From positions 32,001 to 96,000 of the forward strand of contig CAVVUN010000009.1 in NCBI GenBank assembly GCA_963751455.1: 64,000 nucleotides of DNA. The letters run 5' to 3'. Within the stretch, counting starts at the first letter, position 1. Every line of letters begins with the position of its first letter. A program made the position numbers and the translations under genes. The notes below the pieces were generated by a model. The model had not been told where the DNA came from. It saw only the letters and a program-made list of their open reading frames with translations, and made no database searches. The stretch is from Nitrospirota bacterium (lineage in GTDB: Bacteria; Nitrospirota; UBA9217). This document shows, piece by piece, positions 9,773-19,300 of this stretch.

Positions 9773-11560
9773 CTATTCAAATGTCTTTAGGAAAACAGCG
9801 ACAAGCTCGGGATCGAACTGAGTGCCGGCATGCCGCAAGAGTTCGCTTTTCGCCGATTCAACGGTGAGCCCGTTTCGATAGGACCGCTGGGAGGTCATCG
9901 CGTCCCAGGCATCGGCTATTTTTATTATTCGCGCCTTGTACGGTATTTCCGTGCCTTTGAGCCCCAGAGGATAGCCGGTCCCGTCGAAGTTTTCATGGTG
10001 GTGACGGAGTGCGGACAGCGCGGGTTTGAGAAAGCGGATCGGCTCCAGGATCTGAGCGCCCTTGTCCGGATGGCTCCTGATCTCGGCCTCCTCCCGTGCG
10101 TCAAGGGCTTCCTGTTTTTGAAGAATTTCCTTGCTGATGCCTATTTTGCCGATGTCATGCAGGGTGGCCGCAAATCGGAGATATTCTTTTTCCTGCCATC
10201 CAAGGTTCAGTGTGTCCGCCATTTTTGCGCAGATTTCCGCAACACGCTCGCTGTGGCCGCGGGTATATTGATCCTTCGCTTCGACGGCGTTCGACAGGGC
10301 CGAGACCGTCTGAAGGTACGACGCCTCCATATCTTCATATATCCGTCCGTTGAGGATGCCTGCGGATATGACCTCGGCCAGGAGTTGGAAAAATTGCTTG
10401 TTATCGTCGCTGTATTGGATCGCCTGGTCTGAGGCGAGGTACAAGACTCCGATGATCTGGTCCTTTGCCTGAAGGGGCATGGCGATCTCTGTTGCGGCCT
10501 CCATCGGTATGCTGAAGGGATTCTTTTCGCCCTTGCCGATGATCGTATACCCGGTCAACAGCGCCTTGGTGATCGTTTCGTTATCGGGTTTCAACGGTTG
10601 CCTCAGAGAACTCGCGTCAGAGAGGCCCGATACCATCCGCGGGCTGAGCACAGTGCCTGCAAAAAAACTGCATGAGGCGCAGGTCTTCATTTTGTCGTCG
10701 AAGCTATCATGCGGCTTATAATAATGCTTGCGGCAAACCGTACCAGACAACCTCCAGCAGTTCGTTTCGGTCTTGTATGCAGGACAGTTGTGGGCGGTGC
10801 AGTGAAAATAATCGAAACAGCGCTGCGCCACATATTCCTCGAGCAGCAGCACGACGCCGACTTTCAATTTTGTGATGTTCAACACGACTTTGAGCGATTC
10901 GGACAGGATCTGTTCGATCTGGAGCGTAGAAGTCGTAAGACGGGAGGCGTCGAGCAGCGTTGTCAGTTTGACGTTGCTTATCTTCAGTTCCTCACGGCTA
11001 ACGTTCAGTCTTTTGCTCAGGTAGCTGACGAAGTAGGCGGTAAATCCGATCGTACAGATGAAAGCCATGCCGTAGCTGCCGGTTACTGCGAGGTCGCTGA
11101 AAATCATCGGTTCATTGCGGAAAATTCCGATATGAGGAAGAATACCTGCATGCTTCAGTCCCATGACCGCGGTTGGAAACAGAGCGGCGAGTATGGTGAA
11201 ACCGAACGTGTATCGCTGCGGCAGCAAAATCCCGCTTATGATGATATGGAATATGAAAAAATAAATGAAGGGACTGTCACACCCGCCCGAGTAGTACATC
11301 GCGAATGCCAGCGTAATCTGATCGAGAAAAATCTGAGAAACCGCCTGCCTGAGAAAATTATCATTCTGATTCCTCAGTCGATGGCTGAAGTAAATGTTAT
11401 AGAGCGCTGCAAAACCGGTAATCCCGTACACGGGAACCAGTGAAAAAGACAGAAACGCAATGGCTCTCACCGCGTGTGTGACCACGAGGACACCCACAAT
11501 GCCGATCCATCGCAGTTTGACGAGCCATTCCAGTCTTTCCTTCAGCTCTTCGCTTGGCAT
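9773..11560 (-). CDS. Membrane-bound GAF + HD-GYP phosphodiesterase with a Cys-rich (two-CW-like) insert
   Basis: About 6 TMs; KDQYTRGHSERV, LHDIGKIG, HHENFDGTGYP, ADAWDAMTS; insert CFDYFHC..CPAY..CWRLSGTVC..CASC. Confidence 0.9.
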   Translation of the reverse strand: MPSEELKERLEWLVKLRWIGIVGVLVVTHAVRAIAFLSFSLVPVYGITGFAALYNIYFSHRLRNQNDNFLRQAVSQIFLDQITLAFAMYYSGGCDSPFIYFFIFHIIISGILLPQRYTFGFTILAALFPTAVMGLKHAGILPHIGIFRNEPMIFSDLAVTGSYGMAFICTIGFTAYFVSYLSKRLNVSREELKISNVKLTTLLDASRLTTSTLQIEQILSESLKVVLNITKLKVGVVLLLEEYVAQRCFDYFHCTAHNCPAYKTETNCWRLSGTVCRKHYYKPHDSFDDKMKTCASCSFFAGTVLSPRMVSGLSDASSLRQPLKPDNETITKALLTGYTIIGKGEKNPFSIPMEAATEIAMPLQAKDQIIGVLYLASDQAIQYSDDNKQFFQLLAEVISAGILNGRIYEDMEASYLQTVSALSNAVEAKDQYTRGHSERVAEICAKMADTLNLGWQEKEYLRFAATLHDIGKIGISKEILQKQEALDAREEAEIRSHPDKGAQILEPIRFLKPALSALRHHHENFDGTGYPLGLKGTEIPYKARIIKIADAWDAMTSQRSYRNGLTVESAKSELLRHAGTQFDPELVAVFLKTFE

Positions 11561-11639
11561 ACTGTTCTCTCTACACTTTTCGAATCGATGTTTCTAAAAA
11601 TCGAAAGAAATTGAGGTCCCGAAATAATCAGGTTATATG

Positions 11640-11808
11640 GATAAACCTGAAAAAAGCAGTTGGACACGGATAAAATCTGATCAACACGGATTTATAGGAA
11701 GTTACGAACAGTAATGGATTCACCCAAAAGGCGAGATGGCTTTTTGCTCTATCACATTGTTTTGATCCGCTGTTTCCGTGTTCATCCGTGTTCAAATGCC
11801 GTTTTTAG
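11640..11808 (-). mobile_element. 169-bp palindromic non-autonomous element, copy 1
   Basis: Base-for-base reverse complement of 40621-40789; GATAAA at both junctions (11640-11645 and 11809-11814). Confidence 0.92.
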
Positions 11809-12024
11809 GATAAAATAGTCGCGCGCACGGCGCGAGTACCGGCATTATGAAAGCGCAGGCGCAAGACGGCAACTACGACGCCCAGTTCGGAGATTACAGG
11901 AAGTCTCAATAAATTGCAAGGGCTAAGCTGTATTGTGCCGGCAGTCTGTTGAAAGAGAATTAGCAGTCTTTGCGAGCATAGCGAATTATCTAGGTTTAAC
12001 AAATCAGTCGCTTCGCGATTGCAA

Positions 12025-12079
12025 TACCCCGAAAATACCCCATTAATTTTCTTGCAACGATGTGTCTATTTATTGTACT
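12025..12079 (+). promoter_or_regulatory. TACCC-N-AAAATACCCC motif with a downstream sigma70-like promoter
   Basis: taccccgaaaatacccc then TTGCAA..TGTACT; the same motif occurs at 15340 and 31606. Confidence 0.45.
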
Positions 12080-12230
12080 CTCTAAACGGGAGCGGGTACT
12101 TTTTACGATAGATTTATTGTGGCTGCAGGCGTATCCCTGATCTCTTTTTCCCCTGATTTTATTTTGAGTTTATCGGTTCTCCCGATAGACCGGCTTTCTG
12201 AGTGTCTTGTTTATTAAATCAATAAACATT

Positions 12231-13973
12231 ATGTTTACTTTTATTAAAAAGAAACTTGAGTTAAAGATCATCATGGCCGTCACGGTCGTAATTGGCTGCA
12301 TGATCGGAATCTTTGCGTACGTCGACATCCGTGACGTGCGGTTGGATTCCATCCGTACATCCGAACGGACACTGGGCGCGTTTGCTGAAGCGATCAAGGG
12401 CAGCGTGGTCGCGTCCATGAAAAAAGGACATCATGAAGACGTCCGCATGGTGCTCAAGGAAGTCAATACTCCGTACTTCATTGAGCGCGTCATGATCTAT
12501 GACGAAACCGGAAGGCCCCGGGACGGCATCGAAAAGCTCCACGACCAGGGGGGCCTGGATATGAGCCTTCCCCCGGGCGTTTTTGACAGCGTGGTCAACG
12601 GTGATTTGACTGACGTCACCAAGCAGGGCGACGGGCACTTCATATCATATTATTCTCCAATCAGGAACCGGAAGGAATGTGTTCGCTGCCATTATAAGAA
12701 CCCGCGTCTGAACGGCATCCTGCGCGTAGATTTCTCGCTGCGCGACCTTGATGATATTGTCATTGGACGGAGAAACCGGGTCCTTATTCGGAGCGTGCTC
12801 CTGATCGTACTCATGACCCTCGTTCTCGTTGCCCTGATGAGGAGAGTCATTTACCGCCCGGTCAAGGAACTTCGGGACGCAATGGTGAACGTCAGGGAGG
12901 GGCTGCCCCCGCTTGCACTGTCGACCACGGGCGAAGACGAACTGGCAGACCTCAAGAAGAGCTTCGTAAGCATGCTCGATCGGATTAACGGGCTTCACCG
13001 GACGAACCTCGAAAAGGAGAAGGAAATCGCGCGCAATCAGGAGGAGATGCGCTTCCGTGAGGAGCTCAGGACAATGTTCGACGCGATGCCGGACGGTGTG
13101 CTGCTGGTCGACAGAGACTTGAAAATCATTCAGAGCAATCCCCGGTTCTACGCGCTGGTACCTCCAGTGGAACCGGTCGGAGGACAAATCAAACCCGATT
13201 GTCTCCGGAAGGACTGCTGTCCTTTTCAAGGCATAGAACGGGCTCTGAAAGACGGTACGATAATTGAGACGCAGTGCACTTTCACCATGCCCGGCAAGGA
13301 GGCGCGTAACCTTCACAGCATCTGTGCGCCGATCGTGGAGGTTGGTCGTGTAGAATATATCGTCGTGGTCATTCGAGACATCACGGAGCGGATAAGGACG
13401 GAGCGGGAACTGGAAGAAAGGACGGCGCAGCTCATAGCAGCAAACCGGCTGCTTTCCCAGATCGCAGCCACCGACAGCCTGACCCAGGTCCACACTCGCC
13501 GTTATTTCGACGAGATCCTGAACAAGGAGATCAAGCGTTTTAACCGGCGAAAATATTCTCATCTTTCGCTCATGATGATCGACATCGACCATTTCAAACA
13601 ACTGAACGACCGTTACGGACATCTGGCGGGTGATACCGTCCTTCGGGAGATGGGCGCAGCGCTCAGGGAAAGCGTAAGGGAAACCGACACTGTTGCACGT
13701 TACGGCGGAGAGGAGTTTGCCGTCATCATGCCGGACACGCTTCTTGAAGGCGCGAAGTATCGGGCAGAGGCGCTCAGAAATAAAATAGAAACAAACACAT
13801 TCCCGGGCATGGACCAACCTATAACTGCGACCATCAGCATCGGTGTGGCTACGTATGTCGCCGGTCCCGCGGAGAATCTTGTCAGGCTCGCGGACGAGGC
13901 GCTCTACCAGGCAAAGAAGTCGGGCAGAAACAAGGTCGTTGTCAGCCCGCTCGAGACGGTGGATAAAGAGTAA
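12231..13973 (+). CDS. Diguanylate cyclase: periplasmic heme-c sensor, HAMP, PAS, GGDEF
   Basis: TM - periplasmic CVRCH - TM; HAMP (DELADL); PAS (DAMPDG..RDITE); DIDHFK, RETD I-site and GGEEF. Confidence 0.93.
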   Translation: MFTFIKKKLELKIIMAVTVVIGCMIGIFAYVDIRDVRLDSIRTSERTLGAFAEAIKGSVVASMKKGHHEDVRMVLKEVNTPYFIERVMIYDETGRPRDGIEKLHDQGGLDMSLPPGVFDSVVNGDLTDVTKQGDGHFISYYSPIRNRKECVRCHYKNPRLNGILRVDFSLRDLDDIVIGRRNRVLIRSVLLIVLMTLVLVALMRRVIYRPVKELRDAMVNVREGLPPLALSTTGEDELADLKKSFVSMLDRINGLHRTNLEKEKEIARNQEEMRFREELRTMFDAMPDGVLLVDRDLKIIQSNPRFYALVPPVEPVGGQIKPDCLRKDCCPFQGIERALKDGTIIETQCTFTMPGKEARNLHSICAPIVEVGRVEYIVVVIRDITERIRTERELEERTAQLIAANRLLSQIAATDSLTQVHTRRYFDEILNKEIKRFNRRKYSHLSLMMIDIDHFKQLNDRYGHLAGDTVLREMGAALRESVRETDTVARYGGEEFAVIMPDTLLEGAKYRAEALRNKIETNTFPGMDQPITATISIGVATYVAGPAENLVRLADEALYQAKKSGRNKVVVSPLETVDKE

Positions 13974-14080
13974 GCAGGAATTAACAGCAGGATGATTTGA
14001 CGTTGGCTTCAAATACCTCGCTATCAGCCCCTCATGCCGGTTCGGCAATCAAGAAAGTGGAATATCAAGCGAGTGATCCT

Positions 14081-14983
14081 TCACGCAGCCTTCTTTCGCT
14101 GTCTCTTCTTTAATCCTCTCAAATCGTTTTGCCTCATTGAGTGATAGGCTTCCCAGGCGTTCAGTAAAGGGGGTGCGAAAGAGCACGGGCTTCGTCTTGA
14201 AGTGTCTGTGAGTGCGGTTTTTATGTCCCGGGCAGTCGATCGCGGCAATACGGACCACAAGAGAGCTATAGCGCCGGTAACGAAAGGGACCGCGGTGCTC
14301 GTGCCGCAGAATTTCGCTGACTGACCGTTGCTTCCCAGGCTCGTTATTTTCTCCCCGGGCCCTCGCAGCCCGTTTCTACGGATTGAGTTCGCGATGTTCG
14401 AGTAAGCCGCAGGCCTGCCCCGCAGGTCGCAGGCAGCAACCGGTAAAACCCAGGGATGACGGGTAAGGGCCGAGCCGCTGATAATCCCCTGGTTGCCCGC
14501 AGCAGCAACTACGAGCACAGCTTTTTGAGCGGCAAAGTCAAGCGCGTCTTTAAGTTTACGGTCGCCCTCCGGTGAAGGTTCCTCCAGAGCTACACTCAAA
14601 TTCAGCACACGGGCGCCTTCCTGAATGCACTCGAAGATTGCGGATGCAAGCTCGACTGGAGTCGCTCCCGGCACTTCATCGGTACCCCGTGCGGGTTGTT
14701 CAAAAAAGACAGGCCGAATGAGAAGCGTGCAGCCGGGGCAGAGTGCGGGAGCTCTTGAGCTTCTTTTAGCTTTTAAAATACCGGCGATAAAAGTCCCATG
14801 CCTGCAGGCGGCATCGTCCGTGTCATTGCACGAAGCTCCTTCAGGGATAGTGCGGAGGTTTTCAGGATTAAGCTCCGGATGAGCTGTTGCAACCGGTCCG
14901 TCGATAAGCCCGATGACGACCTCCGGAATACCGCATGTCCGCTGCATCAACGGCGAAAGCCCGGTCAAGTTCAGTGCATTCAT
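14081..14983 (-). CDS. S8 subtilisin-like serine protease, PatA/PatG-like catalytic domain
   Basis: IGLIDGPV (Asp), HGTFIAG (His), AAAGNQG, GTSTAVP (Ser); no signal peptide. Confidence 0.88.
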   Translation of the reverse strand: MNALNLTGLSPLMQRTCGIPEVVIGLIDGPVATAHPELNPENLRTIPEGASCNDTDDAACRHGTFIAGILKAKRSSRAPALCPGCTLLIRPVFFEQPARGTDEVPGATPVELASAIFECIQEGARVLNLSVALEEPSPEGDRKLKDALDFAAQKAVLVVAAAGNQGIISGSALTRHPWVLPVAACDLRGRPAAYSNIANSIRRNGLRGPGEKITSLGSNGQSAKFCGTSTAVPFVTGAIALLWSVLPRSTARDIKTALTDTSRRSPCSFAPPLLNAWEAYHSMRQNDLRGLKKRQRKKAA

Positions 14984-15035
14984 ACGAATCCTGCCTTGAT
15001 TCCCGTCTCTGCGGTCATTGATCCCCGCCGCACGA

Positions 15036-15078
15036 CTTGCACCCAGCGCATACGAGTGCGCAGCGCGAGTGCAGGGCG
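15036..15078 (+). repeat. ~43-bp repeat element, intergenic copy
   Basis: cttgcacccagcgcatacgagtgcgcagcgcgagtgcagggcg matches the consensus of the cob-gene copies. Confidence 0.8.
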
Positions 15079-15339
15079 TTCTCAGTGCGATGGTCCACAA
15101 ACGGTCTAGTCGGTCCTTACTCAGCGAGACGGCACGATAATGAGGCCCTTGATTCCCGTCGACCGTGTCTAAACGCGATGGTACGACAACGGGGCTTGGT
15201 ATTGTGCGAATCGGGAGTGCATGGGTTACACAGAGTCATCGTATCCGAATCACACAGTACGGAAGTGACATGAAGACAATATTTCATGGATGTTCTGAAT
15301 ATAGCGCTGATCAACTCTAACAAGAGCCGTCTTCGGCAG

Positions 15340-15403
15340 TACCCTAAAAATACCCCGATTTTTTCCTTTATCTCACCATCTGAATTCGTTATACTTTGGT
15401 TGC
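15340..15403 (+). repeat. ~65-bp promoter-like direct repeat, copy A
   Basis: taccctaaaaataccccg...ttatactttggttg, shared with 31606-31670. Confidence 0.7.
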
Positions 15404-15489
15404 ATTTCCCGATTTCCTTTTCTTCTGCTCTTGCCGTTAGCGCGTAAATAAGACTTATCTGAAACAAATATAGTTCCTGGATTTTACTC

Positions 15490-16155
15490 TTGGGCGCTCT
15501 CATGCACCTTCTTTCAATACGGGTATTAATCGCTATCTTGATTATGTTATGTCCGTTCAGCCTTCGAGCAGAGGTGCGACCTTTGCCCGCTGATTGCACT
15601 TATGTTTTGCAGACCTGGAACGTGAACTCGAAGGCCAGCGTTAAGAGTCAAAAAGTGCGTCATCCCTATAAGGAGCTTACACCGGCTGAAATTGAACCCT
15701 TAACCGGATGTACGATCTGCAGCGAGGACCAGGAAACTATAAGCATACCGCCGCTTCCGCCTTTTTCCGTTTGTTTTAAACTGGCACCGAAAATACGGTC
15801 ATTGGCGGAGTATCTGGTCAAAAAGGGCGAACCACTTCAAACCGTGGTGGCGTATCACGTCATTAAATCACGAGGCCCGGTTGATGTAACAGGGAACAGG
15901 ACTGAGTTCAGCAACCATTCATTCGGAACAGCCATAGATATCAATCCAGAGCTGAACGGCCTGTACGATAACTGCATCAAGTTTGGCCCGGAATGCCGGT
16001 TGATCAGGGGCGGGGAGTGGCGTCCGGGCGTGCCCGGCACGCTCGAAAAAAACGGCGACATTGTCACGATGTTCAAGCAGGCGGGTTTTTTGTGGGGCGG
16101 CGAGATTGCAGGCAAGCAGAAGGACTTCATGCATTTTTCACTGACGGGGTATTAA
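15490..16155 (+). CDS. M15-family (VanY/endolysin-like) secreted metallopeptidase
   Basis: Signal peptide; SNHSFGTAIDIN, WGG, DFMHF; real start may be ATG 15502. Confidence 0.85.
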   Translation: MGALMHLLSIRVLIAILIMLCPFSLRAEVRPLPADCTYVLQTWNVNSKASVKSQKVRHPYKELTPAEIEPLTGCTICSEDQETISIPPLPPFSVCFKLAPKIRSLAEYLVKKGEPLQTVVAYHVIKSRGPVDVTGNRTEFSNHSFGTAIDINPELNGLYDNCIKFGPECRLIRGGEWRPGVPGTLEKNGDIVTMFKQAGFLWGGEIAGKQKDFMHFSLTGY

Positions 16156-16380
16156 CGAGTAAAGAAATTTATGAGGATCGCGTTGTATCGTTACTGAGAA
16201 GTCATTTATTTCGGAGGTAGACTTGTGAAGGCTATAGTTGCTCTGTTCAAAGCACTGCTCGGCACTCTTTCAAAGCTTTTCGGTTCGTTCTCCTGGTCTC
16301 CTCCTCCTTGGTTCCAGTTTCCTATGAATCTCTCCTCGTTAAATTTTTCATTTATTGATATATTTTCCGCACCAGGGAGG

Positions 16381-19300
16381 ATGTCCATGAAGGCGAACCA
16401 TCGGCTCCATTGCCCAGGGATATGCATCTTGTGTGCTCTTGTTCCTCTTCTCCTGTTGTGCGGTTTGTACCCTGCCGGCCTGCATGCTGCGTCCTTGGCT
16501 TCCCAGGCCGTTTTGAGCAAATTCGATCTTCCCGCCCAGGGCCGCCAGGAATCTATCCTCACGATCACGGCATTCGGCCGTTACGCTGTTACCGTTAAGA
16601 GCGACCAGGGCACGGCATTGCAGCTTATTGACCGTATGGCAGGGCCGGGGACGATTTCCGGCGTCGCAGGCGAACGGGACGGCAGGCTCGATCTCTTCCT
16701 GGAACGGGGCGACTACAAGATTGTCACCCACGGTCATGACAAGGCATCCGGGACTATTCGACTGGAAGCGCATCCCTTTTCGGAGAAGAATGCTCCACAG
16801 TCTCCCGCCCTCGTAGAATACAAACTGATCGAGACGGAAGTCAACGATTTCGAGCAGGTGTCCTACTGGCTCGATGTTAAAGAACGCAAACGTGTGGTTC
16901 TCGAAGCAGCGGGACGGAACCTGGCTGATCTGCGCTTATGGAAAGACGGCGCGTGGCTGGTCGATGCCGCACCGGTCATCGAAACGGTCCAACCGAAAAC
17001 TGGTCAGCCTCTGCGGGTTTGTCGTCTGGCACCGGAACTCGAACAGGGCCTGTATCTTCTCACTGCATACGGCGGTGTTGCCCTTCCCTGGGCCGAGGAT
17101 GGTGGTCATCCGTTCTATATGCGCTCCGGCATTCCCGAACTCGGTTCAGTTACCCGCAAACGATTCAAAATAAGCCCATTCGGAACGGACCGCTTCATCG
17201 TTCCCGGCTCAAGCACTTACTTCAGGACGGAACTCCCTGAAGCGCGAGAACTGTCACTTCAATCAGGATGGATTAACTTGAGTGATCCGTTCAGCAATAA
17301 CGGACAAATCAAGAATATCCAGAAAAATTCATTGCCTCCCGTTGCCGAGTTGTTCACCGAGGGGAAAACAAATGCCAAGCACATCGTGACTGTCACCGGG
17401 GAGCCGGGTATGCCCTATGTATTTCAGCACTTCGAATTGAAATATTCATATTCATTTCAAGGCAGCGGAGATTACTGGATATCGAGCGTTCACTCCGGTC
17501 ATCCGCAGGATTCCGTGGACGCAACGGCGATTATGGCATCGGGCAGCGATATGTACGGGATCCGGCCCATGATGGAGCAGACGATCGAGTTGGATCAGAC
17601 AACGGGCTATTCACGCCGTGCAAATCTTCTGGAAACCCTTACGCTTTTTCTCAAGATCAAGACGAAAGGTCGATACCAGATTATTGCGCAGGGCGTTGAG
17701 GCTCGTTTTCTCATCGAACCATTCCTCATATCGCGTCCCCGGGAGTATTCCAGACCGAAAGCGCAGCCGGCAGGATACACATGGGACCTCGATGCCGGCT
17801 ACTATACGCTGACGGTGGATCCCGAGAAGAAGGGAATAATGGATTTGATCATCCGACCTGCTTCCTGGGTCAGCTGGGTATGGGGAAAACTTGACCTCGA
17901 TAAAGGCAAGACCGTACAGCCGGTCAGTGCAGCAATTCGTTTTCCCCGGGTCTCTCTTAACCGGGATCAATGGTATACCGTGTACATGAACCGTCAGCCT
18001 GAAGTTAAAACAGGGTTCGTCGTTCGCCCCCTGCCTCTGGACCTGACGGATCCGCTGCCCGTCACGCAGCGGCCTGATGAATCCGTGATCGTTCCTTTTC
18101 AGGTATCGGAAGAGGGGATCGTCCGGGCGGAGGCCGAGGACGGCTCGCTCATGGATTTGTCCGTTGACAAAGGGCCCTGGCAAAAAACATTCAACGTGGG
18201 AGCAGGAAAGCACTCTGTTTCAGTTCGATTGACTGCAAAAAATACTATCAATTATGCGTTATATGTCGAGCCGCGCAGGCTAAGTGCAGAGACTGGTCTG
18301 CCGGCCATTTCACAAACAGCGCTTGACAGCCTCCCTAAATTCCCGGTCCTCGCAAATACCAAGCCTCTTTTTTTCGATTTAGACCGCAATTCTTCATCGA
18401 CCTTTAACGTACAGGCCGACAAATCGGCCCTTTTCCAAATCCAGTCCACAGGGCTCCTTGCGACGGAAGGCAATCTTCGCAGCAGGACCACGCCGCAATT
18501 TGTGCGGGAATCCGAGAACGGAAAAGGGAGGAACTTCTTTATCCGGCAGTACCTGCATGAAGGAGATTACCAGATAACGGTTGCGAGCAAGGGACAGTCA
18601 AAGGGACACCTGGGCTTGACTATGGAGAAGAGCGGTCTGATTCAAGGCGGGTACCTCACGAACCGCACGCCGGCGCGCCTTTCCCTTCCTGCAGGAAAAG
18701 CTGCAGCGTATCAATTCGTTGTTACGAAAGCAGGCGAATACCGTGTCCGGGCATTCGGTCTCGGAAGAAAGCTGAAGTGGCGGCTCGAGGACAAGGAGGG
18801 CTGGCCGGTTGTCACTCCCAACACAAAGGCGGATATAACCCGCATTTTTGAGAAGGGCACATACCGTTTGATCATTCTTCCCGAAAGCACGGATGCGAAG
18901 ATTGTAACCGTAATCGATCCGGTGAAGCGCGGCCGTCGGTTTAAAGGACATGGCCCTCACGTGTTGCCGTTGGCTCTTCCAGTTGATCATACATGGACCG
19001 AACCGATTTCGGGAAAAGCACGACAGCCAGACAAGTGGAAATTCGAACTTCCCGCCGATGGCGATATATCGATTGAGTTAACGGGAGAGATGCAGGCTGA
19101 CCTTTTAAAAATCAACTCCGACGGAACGGCAACACGGACTGCATTCATTCCGCCGGTACGGGGATGGCAGGGCACCCTGCAGGCCGGCTCCTACCGGATC
19201 GAAGCGGTCTCCATGCGTATCAATAACCAGGCTGCGTATCGATTGGTTGTCTCTCCCCGTTCTCTCATGACCGGTATGAGCCGTGATATCAGTGTCCCAT

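Noticed and set aside
12645-14048. 467-aa antisense ORF, and similar shadow ORFs at 32811, 37839, 10709 and 41569
   Set aside because: They overlap well-supported genes on the opposite strand and have no recognisable motifs
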